From: Vezdaea acicularis
Taxonomy: Eukaryota
Direction: 5' to 3'
DNA length: 52,119 nucleotides
Assembly: GCA_026025075.1 (NCBI GenBank)
Contig: JAPEUI010000053.1
Coordinates: 62,001 to 114,119, forward strand
The translations under genes and the position numbers were made by a program. Under the pieces are notes generated by a model. It saw nothing but the letters and a program-made list of their open reading frames with translations, made no database searches and was not told where the DNA came from. This document shows, piece by piece, positions 34,620 to 45,648 of this stretch (the first letter of the stretch is position 1; each line of letters starts with the position of its first letter).

Positions 34620-35686
34620 ATGGCATCCCAGAAGTGTGTGCATAAAGGCTGCGGAAAGGCTTTCACTGACCTAGATGAAGAGTGCGTTTATCATCCGGGA
34701 CCCCCAATCTTTCATGAGGGGCAGAAAGGTGAGGATTTAGTTGGCGCATATCGATTGAATTCGCTGTGCTAATGTTGGAACCGCCAATTCAAAGGCTGGA
34801 AATGCTGCAAGCCCCGCGTTTTAACTTTTGACGAATTCCTTTCTATACCTCCCTGCACAACCGGAAAGCATTCTACGATTGAAGAGACACCCAAGACAGA
34901 ACCCAGCAAGGCGAAGCAAGAAGATGATGACAGGCCCACCGTTAAACCAATCAAGCAAAACCCCTCGGACTCTCTACAGGTTACAACTGCTGTGCCTCAA
35001 CCTGCACCTTCACCTTCTCCCGCCCCACCAGAATCAGAATCAGATGACCCCACCACAGCAATATCAGAAGGGGTGACCTGCCGGAGGAAAGGCTGTAATG
35101 TAACATACAGTGGTAAGGAGAGTAGGGATGGCGAGAAATGCATACATCATCCGGGCCAGCCAATCTTTCATGAAGGAAGCAAAGGATGGACATGCTGCAA
35201 GAGACGGGTTCTGGAATTTGACGAATTCATGAAAATTGAAGGTTGCAAGGAGAAAAGTCGGCATTTATTTGTAGGGAAGAAGAAGGGAGATAAAGAAGAG
35301 AAACTAGAGACAGTCAGGTAATATATTACTTCAATCTTAGATGCTAGACACAGCTAATATGCGTTAAATGTAGGAATGACTTTTACCAGACCTCGAGCAC
35401 ATTGATAGCTTCTTTTTATCTAAAAAAGATTATATCATCTGCTGCTAAAATCGATTTCAGTACCCAGTCAATTGATCTCGACCTCCCTACTGCAGACAAC
35501 AAGCGATATACTGCGACGATCCCCCTTTTCGGTCCGATTGATATAAGCAAATCAACCTTCAAAATCATGGGAACTAAACTCGAATTGACGTTGGTAAAGT
35601 CAGATGGATCGAGTTGGCCGGTCTTGAGAAGCGATGACAAAAGATCAGGGGAAATCATTCAAATAGGCAAGGCGGGGAAAGCCTGA
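34620..35686 (+). CDS. CHORD-CHORD-CS protein (Hsp90 co-chaperone, Chp-1/melusin type); exons 34620-34728, 34795-35317, 35374-35686
   Basis: Two CHORD domains (CVHKGC...C.YHPGPPIFHEGQKGWKCC...FDEF...PPC..GKH and CRRKGC...CIHHPGQPIFHEGSKGWTCC...FDEFM.I.GC....H) and a CS domain (RNDFYQT...KIMGTKLELTLVK...W). Confidence 0.95.
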
Positions 35687-36099
35687 GCGTCATGCATTCT
35701 TTTGATATTCACGAGAAAAAATAGACAAAACGCCCAAGCTTACCCCTAGATTCTGATGTTCTGCAATGTGCGGTGATTTTAGGCCTAGCGCGGATTATGT
35801 GCCAGACCAAGTAATTGTGCGATAAAAATACTTAGGGTACAGTACTCGAATTTATCAACCTCTAAAACTGGGGTTGGGGTGTTATCTTGCAACCGCAGGG
35901 CTAGGGTTAAGATCAATTACAAATACATCCCTAGTTCACGCATGCTGGCTATTATTTGCCTCGTTGTTATACTCGGACTGTACTATGATTATTTTGACTG
36001 TTCCAAAAAAAAGCCAACCATACTTCAAATGCTGCCAATGAGTCTGTAGATGTTGAACATACAGCTCTATAACCCCAAACGCCATTTCTTGACCTTGCA

Positions 36100-38321
36100 C
36101 TAGTCAAAAATTCTATCAAACCATCCGTAAACCCTATGCTTTGGAGGAACGGGAACATAGTTTCTCTCATATTCGTCAATTTCATCAAGATCTTGTTGCA
36201 GATCCACCTCTTCCGGCTTCAGAAACTTGGTTTTCTTGATGAGTTTCCATCCTACAAAAAGGACGGGGAAGACCCCAATCATGGTGTAGGAGAATAGGAA
36301 CGTCGGGACATCCCAGGGCCCTGGCCAAAAAACTGTATAGCCACCAACAAAAGTCATGATGAATGTGCCGGCGAGTGCATAGTATGCCGTGAAAGGCTGC
36401 CAAAAGCCCTTGTGAGGGAGTGTGTTACGGTCGATTCCTTGGGCTTCCAGTGCTTTCTTGAATCTAATGAAGGTAAAAGTCATGACGGAGAAGTTGATAA
36501 GCTGTGAGGCGGTGACCTAAGAAAGACGTAAGCTCGGGGCCGACATCATGTAAAGATTGCGAGAGTGACGATAGCAGGACAGGAAAACGTACCAAGTTAA
36601 CGAACCACTGTAAAACTACCGCAGAGCCATTAGAGACCTGTAAAAAGCTAAGGAGAGCAATAGCAAGAGTGAGCAGAACACAATAGATCGGCACGCCGTT
36701 CCTATTACACCGCGCGAAGATCTTGGGGGCCTTTCCTTCAAGGGCGAGGCCAAAGAGACTTCTGCTAGCGCAGTACACGTAACTGTTTCCAGCGCTGAAC
36801 GAAGAGGTCAAGATAAGAGCATTGACAATGTCAGGTAGGACAGTGATTCTCAGACGGTTCATTGCAACGACGTAAGGAGATGCTGCTGCTCCAGGCTTGC
36901 TGCTCTTGAATGCCCCAATCAGTTCGGCGTCATTGTACGGTACGTTGATGCCCACTGCGAGAGAACCAAGGACGAAGAACCCAGTGAGGCGGTAGAACAC
37001 AGCCTTGAATGCGCGCGGCAATGTTCTTCTGGGGTTCTCGGCCTCGCCGGCCGTCATTGAGACGTAATCAGGGCCAGCAATCGTGAAGGAAGCCTGGATC
37101 AGACACTGTAAGAAACCTAGAAAACGTCCTAGACTCCCGGTTTTATACAATTCATGAAAAGATCCTGGGTTCCGCCAGTATCTAAGAGTAAACAGACTAT
37201 TAATCTCAAGCCTGAAAGGAACTTGAACGTATTCGTCTTACCTGAAGCCGAATCTATCGTGCTCTGGATTACCACCAAGCATTGTAATAAACGTATACAG
37301 TATCAGCCCAACAATAAGGATGACCTTGCCCATTGATAGCCAAAACTCGGACTCCCCATACCATTTCACTGTGATAAGATTGAGTAGCCTGGCAGCGATT
37401 AGTCGTTGTCCTGATCGAGAAAAGTCTCCACTAGACTCACGCATAGATCGTGATGACAATTGCAATCACGCCGCCCACCGGGATGGCATCACTCCAGTAA
37501 TTGATAATGAGATTGCAGGCGACAATCTCAAAGGGCACAAGGGCAGCCTCGAAAACGAAGAAGTTGTACCCAGCGGCGACGCCAAAAGCCTCGTCCACAA
37601 AGCGGCCAGCAAATCGGATGAAAGGCGATGATATTGGCAAATAGGTAACCATCTCAGCCAGACCTGGAAATAGTGGCGCATTGGGTCAGTGAAAGGGGTT
37701 GCTATGGGCTATTTCGCCTCGTCGTTATAACAGAGTGGAGGTAGGACTTAAGAAGAAGAGCGGCTAGTATTACAATTTGTCACAGCCAGAATGAAGGTAC
37801 ACCTAGAGTTTGATTATGTATGAGAAACGATACGTCAAAAGGGGTTTGGACAAACAAAGAGTAACAAGGCGTAAGATTCTATATAACGCTATCTTGACCC
37901 AGGTTCCTGGCGTTTCGGCTGCACCATGTATTGAATTGGAAAGTCTTCGAGGTCTTCGACTCGAAGCAACCAAAACACTGGCATTATACACATACCATAG
38001 GGTGAAAGCAATAAAGAGACTACCGGGTCCTCCATTGATCAGGCCTTGGCCAATGGCTACAAATAAAGCCGTGCCAATGGTGCCCCCAATCCCGATAAGC
38101 TGGATGTGACGGGGCTTCAGCCGTCGGTGAGTATAATCAAGAGCTGGAGCAATAGAGGTCGTTGAGCTGTATCGCACAGCTCGTTCTTCATCGACGCCCG
38201 TTTCTTTAGGTGCCGGGGCGCCCCCCTCTTTGCCGGCAATGTACTCTTTCTCGGAAAAGACATTGTGCCGGTTATGAGTCGTGCCTCCATCCGGACCATC
38301 GTTGAAGCCCGTCGAGGCCAT
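36100..38321 (-). CDS. APC-family amino acid permease, AGP2-like; exons 38321-37996, 37802-37774, 37663-37441, 37388-37242, 37181-36593, 36516-36100
   Basis: 'RRLKPRHIQLIGIGGTIGTALF', 'AEMVTYLPI', 'YGESEFW', 'FGFRYW..PG', 'TAGEAENPR', 'ASPYV', 'SAGNSYVY.ASRSL'. Five GT..AG introns keep the frame. Confidence 0.93.
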
Positions 38322-39428
38322 GATAAGGGTGCTACGGGCGCCGGCAGCGTAGATGGAAGTGTAGAGATGAAGGACAATTGATGCTCTTCAGAAGAGTCTT
38401 CACGATGTGGGGCAAGCTGCTTGCCCTAGGTTGAATCCAGCTGCCGAGGGGACAAGGTACGCTTAGCCTCAAGTCCGTGTGGACTATTGCAGTAGCATAG
38501 TCTCCATGGCGCGATTGGACAGCTCGACGAGTCCCCCACAGGTCAAGCTTTGCGCGCCACAAGTGGCCCTTTCTATCACGATCTTAGTGCGCCTGTGCGA
38601 CAAGTTGGGAAGTGCGCTCGATGGCCATTGGACGAATGCGGATCGCAGGTCGAGACTCGTGCGATGACGTAGGTGTACTCCCGTATTCGCTTGCGTCTGA
38701 TTTGGGCGAGCTTTCCACCCATCCGGGTGTCGGCGTTCCGTTATGGGCGGTATTTGCCGTCCGCACTGTTGCTCGAGAGAAGTAAAGCAAAGAAAAGCCA
38801 GGAGTTTGTAAGTGCTACAATTCTAAGCAAGAGCGTAGCGAACTCCGTTGCGTGTATAGAACAGGTGAGTATTCATACAAGCTGCCTTTGGAGGACGAGA
38901 TAATAGAAGGATCATAGTAGTAGCCTTGGTGAGCCACTTTTGTTCGGGGTATGCCATTCTCGGCATCGAACCACCAAGACTCTATGCCGGAGGTGTCAGC
39001 GTATCGTGGCTTGGGGCGGACTGTGGGGAACGATGACTTACATGATTTGAGAATTGTCATGTCAAAAGAGCACGTTGTTAGAGATTAAGAAGGGGAAGAG
39101 ATGATCATGATGAGTGGCTTGCGGTGCTTGTCTCGACCTCCGCGGAAGCTCACTGAGATTGAGTGCGGGTAAAGGCAACAAGGGGGCTGTTTGGCCCGTC
39201 CCCTCGTCCTCTACCTCGACGCATACTGCTGTGGCCATGCGGCTCATAGCGCGGCTATGTCGATCCTGCGATGCCAAGATGCGGATCGCCAATCCAGCCC
39301 CGCGCCTTAAACCCCACCTCACCCGATCTCATTGCTCTGTCTTCACTGTCCATCAACCATCTCCCTCTCGACCATACAATTGTCCCGAACGCCTCACCGG
39401 CAGAAGAACATCCCGATCCATCTCCGGC

Positions 39429-39973
39429 ATGGCCGCGCCCGCGCCTAGATCGTTTGAGCCCAAGTCGGCGGTGAATCTGGCGCCTCCTAAGGACGATCCG
39501 CTCCCGCAGGACTACCTAACCAAATGCGACGGTAAAGGAGATCCCTCCGCTTGAAGCATGGCCAGTTGACCAATAGCGTCTCCCAAGGCACCCAATCGGG
39601 CTATCCCACTCTTGTCGCGATCAAGGTTTGCAGCTCAGCTCGGAACTTCATCTCACGCCAACTGACGCGCTCGCTTTTAGGGAGTGGTCTTCGACGTGAC
39701 CGGTAACTCCTCGTACTCTCCTGGTGGGACTTATCACGGTATGCGCTTCTGTGTCGCTCCTCTTTTCGCATCTTCCCCAACTCATCCCACACAGTCTTTG
39801 CCGGAAAGGACGCCTCCCGTGCGCTTGCCAAATCCAGCCTCAAATCCGAAGACGCGGTGCCGGAGTGGTCCGACCTTGACGATGAGAAGAAGACGACGCT
39901 GAATGACTGGTTCACCTTCTTCAGCAAGCGCTACAATATAGTTGGCAAGGTTGCGGGAGCCGGTAACACCTAG
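39429..39973 (+). CDS. Cytochrome b5-like heme/steroid-binding (MAPR) protein; exons 39429-39531, 39588-39625, 39681-39738, 39795-39973
   Basis: Spliced 'YLTKCDGT..GYPTLVAIKGVVFDVT.N..Y.PGGTYHVFAGKDASRALA...LNDWFTFFSKRYNIVGKV'. Confidence 0.92.
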
Positions 39974-40680
39974 GGATCGCACGAGCGGTTCCCCCCCTTG
40001 CAGATCGATGCCGTCGCCCAGGGTTCAGATTCCCGGACAGTGTGCGCGGTCCGGCTGCGGATAGCTGCAGGAGGCAAAATCCGCGCAGATTAATCAACGT
40101 TTAAGCGGATCTGTTTGTTCGGGTCCCCCATGCGCGTCTAGGAGGGGGGGATCGATACTGTACGGTCCTTGAATCCGGTTGGAGGCTTCGTCCGCGTCTG
40201 GCTGCACCAGAGTCTAGAACCTCGAAGTCGTTAGGGCGATGAATCATGAACCAGGTTTTACTCGTGTGCTCAGCCATGACTGATTCCCGATTCGTCCATG
40301 GTGCTGATATGCTGAATTTGAACATATCACCATTCTGCTTTCGGATGCTGCATCTCCACGCTCATCGAATTTAGGTCAGGTACGCCACGAGCTATGCTGT
40401 TAGACTCAGAAACTTTGCAATATTTGCTCTGGGCTCTGCTCAAAATTTAGGAGGCCTCCGATTAGGTGACTAAGATAACATCAAGGTGTAGTCTAAGATG
40501 AAATGACGTTTTTCTAACCACAGTCAGGGCTAATACGTTACGCTCGCCACCCAAAAGATCAAAGCAGGGAGAGAAATGCCCTCCCAGCAAGAGACCAGCT
40601 AGATGCGGAGAGACAGTAGATTGCCCCTCATTGCTATGCTCTGAAATATGTGGAAAAGTAGGCTCGTGTCTATTCTGGAC

Positions 40681-40929
40681 TCAGGTTCCGGCCATAGTCA
40701 CTTCCCCTCTCCCTGAGTTATTACCTCCCTTGTTGTTGGAGTTCTGCTTTTGACGTTCCTCATCAGCCTTTGAGCATGCCACACATTTCATCTCTTGAGG
40801 ATATTCGCGCTTGAGGGCCTTCACGCCGAAACATTGATGAAAGGGGTCGTTGCGAGCAAAGTGGCAAAAAGATATGAGACGTTGCTCGAAATGACCGCAG
40901 CTGTAAATAATTTTCTCGTAGTTGCACAT
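40681..40929 (-). CDS. Small Cys/His-rich uncharacterised protein (82 aa), putative zinc-binding
   Basis: MC.Y....YSCGH.......CHFARNDP.HQCFG...CxxC pattern. A probable 5'-UTR intron at 40957-41008 (GTAGGT...GCTAAT...TAG) just upstream supports transcription. Confidence 0.75.
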   Translation of the reverse strand: MCNYEKIIYSCGHFEQRLISFCHFARNDPFHQCFGVKALKREYPQEMKCVACSKADEERQKQNSNNKGGNNSGRGEVTMAGT

Positions 40930-42490
40930 CGTAATGGATAGAAACCACGCCTCACCCTATGAGTCATTAGCTGAGAAATCAAATCATAGGTCTTTCAGGA
41001 AGACCTACAGGAACTTGCGTCGGTAAAGCTATGAACAGATAGCTATCGGCTGTGTATTGCCTGGAACGGCTCAGACTGATGTCGAGCTCGACAAAAAGGT
41101 CCGTAAAACTTCAAGTTTCAAGGAGGCGTTTTGAAAGCTGGCTTGAAAGAAAGGGAGGGCAATGATCAGATACTGACGACCAGTTCAGCCGACCTTTATA
41201 GACCACCACAGGCATCTGCAGTCCTTCCCAAGGCAATGTGCGTCGTTTTCCATCGACGGCTTGGCCGAAAGCATTTGCTGCATGCCATGATCTCAAAGAC
41301 GTCCGGATCGTGAGCCGGAGATAATGTTGAGACTAGCTCAAGGCTGCCGGTGAGCTTCCGGTGAGGTAGAAATGGTGTCCTGTACTTCATGAACCAATTA
41401 GCTGTCCTTTTCACTAAGTTGCCGTTAGGGATAAGAACTTTATTTCTTGTCAAAGGAACGGCATCCAAGACAAAAAATGCCGTGGGCAACGAATGAATGG
41501 GCTAAAGGCTTGAGCACTCTGTTCAGCAGTGAAGATGGTGTTGTCACACGAATATGGAGGCAGGGATGATGTTTGGGCTAGCTGTGCACCACGTCCCCAG
41601 AAGGGGGAGAGACTTAAGATAGCAGCGGCTGGCCAATCTAGGAGAATCCTTACCGTGAATGTGATCGTCCTATGAACGGTCGAACCGTCCCACGAGTGAC
41701 GACAGGAAGCTAAAAAAAAAATAGGAGATCTTTGGTAGTCTGTTGAACTGATAGGTTGCACCAAAATTCTTCCCATGTCAAGCTTTACTGATTCGTCATA
41801 GAGAGAGCGTAGATGGCGTCCCCCCGGGGCGTATTCCTGTGCCTCTCCCGAGCACTAGTCTGGTGTATGGATGGTACAAAGCCTTCGGATGCTGAAGCTT
41901 GCGTCCCCGGCTGTGCGCTGTGTAAGCGTATCAACTGCAGGCCGTCGATTCATCTTGTGGGCCGTCATACCGGGTATCGAGGTAAGCAGAGTTGAGCAAC
42001 ACCCTTGAAGGGCGTTGGGAACACGACCGCTCTAGGAAAGGGAGTCCAGGCCCTTTGTTCGGCAGCTTGTGTATGGGTAGATAGTCGGATTACATAACGA
42101 AGGCACGTCAGTGCTCATGCGGTGAACACATATGAGGCCGGTGCAATGGTGGGGGCAGGGTTCTGCCCGTATGTTTGCGGACCGTAAGTCCAATAGGATT
42201 GCTTGATTTGCTCGTCGATCTCTCAGAGGCTATGAACGAAGCGAAGGTAGGAAGTGAGGCGCTGAAGCTATGAGAGGGTTTGGACACAAATCAAAAGAAA
42301 TCTTTCAATTCGTTTTCTTGAGGTGGAATTTAGTTTAATGCTCAACCTATTACAATTTCAGTGTTAGGATGGGGGGGCATGACAACTATCGTAACAAACA
42401 CCGTAACTGGTAACTTCGGACTCGGACCGTCCTTTCGGTTAGGCCGTTCAATATCAAGCTCTTCTCTCCAACTATCACTAATCAGCTCGC

Positions 42491-44806
42491 TCATAATTTT
42501 GCACCTTGCTTCTTTGCCCTCCGCATCATCCGTTTCTTGGTTATGATTCGTTGTCGTTTAGCAAGCCTCTCGTGCACCTCATCGATGCCTACGGTAACCT
42601 TTCGAGAGTTTGGGTTTGTGGGCGGACCGGCCTTCGCGAGGGCTCCCTGCATATCACCGTGCTTGCGCTTATTGCCCTTACGGGTCTTGGCCATGAGTGT
42701 GTCCTTGCCGAGAGCTTTCTTCCCAGTAGTCGGGAGCTCGCCTGATTCCCTCTTCTCTACGACGATCTTCGACCGCTCTCGTGCCTTCACTTCTCGTAGC
42801 TTCCTTCTCGCAACGACTTGCGCGTTTTCTATCGCGAATTCAACGATCAGCCGTTTCTTCCGCTCCCCAGGACGGTCTTTAGATTTCTCCGTGCTTGATT
42901 CGCCGAGCTTGACGTCGACGAGATGGCCATTAAGCCAACGAAGACCCATCAAAGCCCATCGATGGGAGCTATACTCGACGAAACCATACCCTCGACTTCT
43001 GCCAGCGCCACTACCCTCAGCGACCTTACCACCTTCACGACCCTCAAAGACGATTTTGGCTTGTTTGACAATCCCTTTGCCTTTTGCCTTCCTTGCCTTT
43101 TCTGCATCTCTCATCTCGTCCCCTCCACGCTGCTCCTCCTCTTTTGATAGTTGGTTACGCCGACCTTCTTTGACATCCTTTGCGAATCCAACAACAGCTT
43201 CACGTGCAAGCGCCTTAAGATCCTTGGATGTAACTGTGCGAGGAATGTTGCGGATAGACAATCGGGTTAAGCTAAGATGAAGTGTTGGGTTGTTCTGAAT
43301 GAGCATCTGACGTTGCTTAGCGCTGGCCTCTCTCATTGCAACCTCCGACGGCGCAAGCTTGTTATACAGAGGAGATTTTGATGATATGGTGCCTTCTGAG
43401 AGGAGATACAGTCGACGCTTGTCCTTATCCCTAACGTTTCGAATGGCACTTCCTTCGTGTTCTAATCGTGCAGCCTCATTTCGATCGACCGCACGACTAA
43501 CGTGAAGGACTCTATCATGAAGAGTATACTTCCCAGAAGGGTCCACGAGGACATTCTCGAGCACAGAGAGCTTTGATTTCTGCACGGCGGAGTTGCTTTT
43601 GGATGGCAGAGCATGTGCGAGAGACTGCTGCCGTGGCGCTGTGCGGAGACACGAGTCTGCATCATCCTGGTTGAAGAAACAGACAAATCCGGTTCCACGA
43701 GGCCTCTCTGTTGCATGGTCTAGAACAATTCGAGCATACCTTATGGCACCAAATTCTGTGAAACGCTCTCGAAGTGACTCGTCGGTGGCCGTGAAGGGAA
43801 GATTGCGGATGAACAAGGTTGACGACATGTCCCTGACTTTCGGCGCTGGGGATAGTACGGTTTCCACTTCGCTTTCGACATGATCAGACGTCTGATCGGT
43901 AGAATTGTCGTACACGTCGGATGCACTTGTTTTTGGCACGGCCACCCGGCCCTTTCCACCTCCATGATCTTCGTCCTCAACGTGTTGTCCTGCTTTTGCC
44001 ACTTCTGAAGCTTGGTCCTCGTCCTCTTCTTTTTCTCCATGCTTCTGTGTGCTTTCCCAAACTTCTTTCTCGACAGCCCAATCTATTGCCAAGGTTCGCC
44101 CGTCAACTTCAATCCCGTTCAAACTACTAAGGGCCTTCTCTGCATTCTTTCTCCCTCTCAGGACCACGAACCCAAAGCCCGACATTTCCCCAGACGGTTT
44201 CTTTGGGATCGTGACATGCTTGACTTTGCCGTAGCTTCTGAATAATAGTGCCAGCTGCTCCGGCTCTCTGATAGCCCACGGCAAATTTCTCACTATCAGT
44301 TTTGGAGACTTTCTAGCTTCGAGCTTCTCCTTGTCTCTCTCGGCCTTGGCTAAGACTGCTTTGGCAGATGGCGCGCTTCGTCTGCTACCATCAAGACCAT
44401 CTCTATTGACAAGGTCTCGCGAGCGTGGTTCTGCGACTTCAACACGGATCTTGCGTCCTTCAAAAACTGATCCATCAAATTCCTCTTTTGCGCGGTGAGC
44501 ATCTTCTGCGTCGATAAAGGATACAAAGCCATAGCCTCTCGCCTGCTTGGTGGCAGGATCAACGACCACTGTTGCATGCTTGAGTGGGTATGATTGAGAG
44601 AAATACTCGGTCAATGATTCCGAGGTTGCATTTGCTGGAAGAGAGCGCACGAAGAGCTGAGCTCTTCGAGATTGTACTTGAACATGATCAGGCTGAGGGG
44701 AAGTCTTGAGAACATCACCCTCTGGTACATTGGTATTGTCGACGTCTTCGGGTTCAGGAGCCCGCTTCCTCTTTCCATGAGCTTGCATCGTGTTTGCAAC
44801 CCCCAC
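42491..44806 (-). CDS. NOP4: Nucleolar multi-RRM protein Nop4/Nop77 (RBM28 orthologue)
   Basis: Four RRMs: LFVRSL..RGYGFV, LIVRNLPW..GFGFV, LFIRNLPF..RGTGFV and LSIRNIP..RGYGFVEY. Also 'KDKRRLYLLSEG', 'NPTLHLSLTRLS' and 'RLIVEFAIENAQVV'. Confidence 0.95.
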   Translation of the reverse strand: MGVANTMQAHGKRKRAPEPEDVDNTNVPEGDVLKTSPQPDHVQVQSRRAQLFVRSLPANATSESLTEYFSQSYPLKHATVVVDPATKQARGYGFVSFIDAEDAHRAKEEFDGSVFEGRKIRVEVAEPRSRDLVNRDGLDGSRRSAPSAKAVLAKAERDKEKLEARKSPKLIVRNLPWAIREPEQLALLFRSYGKVKHVTIPKKPSGEMSGFGFVVLRGRKNAEKALSSLNGIEVDGRTLAIDWAVEKEVWESTQKHGEKEEDEDQASEVAKAGQHVEDEDHGGGKGRVAVPKTSASDVYDNSTDQTSDHVESEVETVLSPAPKVRDMSSTLFIRNLPFTATDESLRERFTEFGAIRYARIVLDHATERPRGTGFVCFFNQDDADSCLRTAPRQQSLAHALPSKSNSAVQKSKLSVLENVLVDPSGKYTLHDRVLHVSRAVDRNEAARLEHEGSAIRNVRDKDKRRLYLLSEGTISSKSPLYNKLAPSEVAMREASAKQRQMLIQNNPTLHLSLTRLSIRNIPRTVTSKDLKALAREAVVGFAKDVKEGRRNQLSKEEEQRGGDEMRDAEKARKAKGKGIVKQAKIVFEGREGGKVAEGSGAGRSRGYGFVEYSSHRWALMGLRWLNGHLVDVKLGESSTEKSKDRPGERKKRLIVEFAIENAQVVARRKLREVKARERSKIVVEKRESGELPTTGKKALGKDTLMAKTRKGNKRKHGDMQGALAKAGPPTNPNSRKVTVGIDEVHERLAKRQRIITKKRMMRRAKKQGAKL

Positions 44807-44949
44807 TCATGTAAATAATGGGTTACACTTCCCTTTGCCGAAGCTAAAATATGCATTCTTTTCCTACGGGGATGCCTAAGCGCTACATGCGCAGAAAACC
44901 CATTCCAAGTCCTCAAGTAATAACCATACTATTCAAGTCACACCTCAAA
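44807..44949. promoter_or_regulatory. Very short divergent promoter between NOP4 and the TMA17-like gene
   Basis: Head-to-head ATGs with 143 bp between them. Confidence 0.5.
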
Positions 44950-45384
44950 ATGTCTTCAGACGCCAGACCAATATCCCCTTCGCAGTTCGCGCTCGCTTTG
45001 AAAGACCTTCCTGTCGACGTCCTCCATGCAAAAACTGCAGAACTTCTCAATTCAGTCGTTCATCTTTCTTACTCAAATCAAGAACTTGTACCATTTGCAG
45101 ATAATGGTGATGTAGATTGCAAAGAGGCAATACGGGAAAATGAGATTGTCATCAAACGATTCGAAGAGAGAATCCTGCTTCTGAGAAAGGAGGTGGAGAA
45201 CAGAGGTCTTAGGTGGAGTGAGGCAGAGACCGAGGAAAACCAAGTTGGCGCATCTACCGAGACGGGAGCGAATGGACATGAGACAACGTCCAATACAGGG
45301 GGAAGGCTCGGTGACGATGAGATGCGGAGAAGGATAGAGGAGCTGATGGGGGAAGATGAGGAACCAGAAGGAGTTCATTTGTAG
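44950..45384 (+). CDS. TMA17: Tma17/Adc17-like protein
   Basis: 'PISPSQFALALKDLP...L.AK..EL.NS..HL..SN.EL', 'DC.EAIRENE.VI....ERI.LL..EVE.RG' and C-terminal 'EGVHL'. ATG at 44950 in an AAAATG context. Confidence 0.7.
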   Translation: MSSDARPISPSQFALALKDLPVDVLHAKTAELLNSVVHLSYSNQELVPFADNGDVDCKEAIRENEIVIKRFEERILLLRKEVENRGLRWSEAETEENQVGASTETGANGHETTSNTGGRLGDDEMRRRIEELMGEDEEPEGVHL

Positions 45385-45648
45385 CCGAAACTGCTGACCC
45401 ACGTTGCCTAGGGTGTTGGTGAGGTTGGGGGAATCTGCTGTTAAGCACAAAATGTTCCAAGACCACTTGGAACGAAACGGATGTATCATGAATATGACCC
45501 TTGGCACTGCACATGTCTAAGGGACTACTACATAATGCAAGATAGAAAGCTCTACATTGGTGCAGTACCATCGGTAACGGCCCGCCACCCAACATAGACC
45601 CCTTAGGAATTTGATAAGGTTGAATCCTCCTATCGCAAAATAATAAGG

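Noticed and set aside
35830..35910. Scattered TTAGGG/CTAGGG/GGGTT words
   Set aside because: Not tandemly arrayed, so no evidence of an interstitial telomere.
42491..42505. NOP4 ends in -AKL, a PTS1-like tripeptide
   Set aside because: Nop4 is a nucleolar RRM protein with a basic NLS-like tail; most likely coincidence unless conserved.
42537..43280. 247-codon + strand ORF and similar antisense ORFs (399-740, 5462-5863, 13075-13603, 25293-25847, 28759-29538, 48101-48919)
   Set aside because: All lie antisense to well-supported genes, have no recognisable motifs and are explained as codon-bias shadows.
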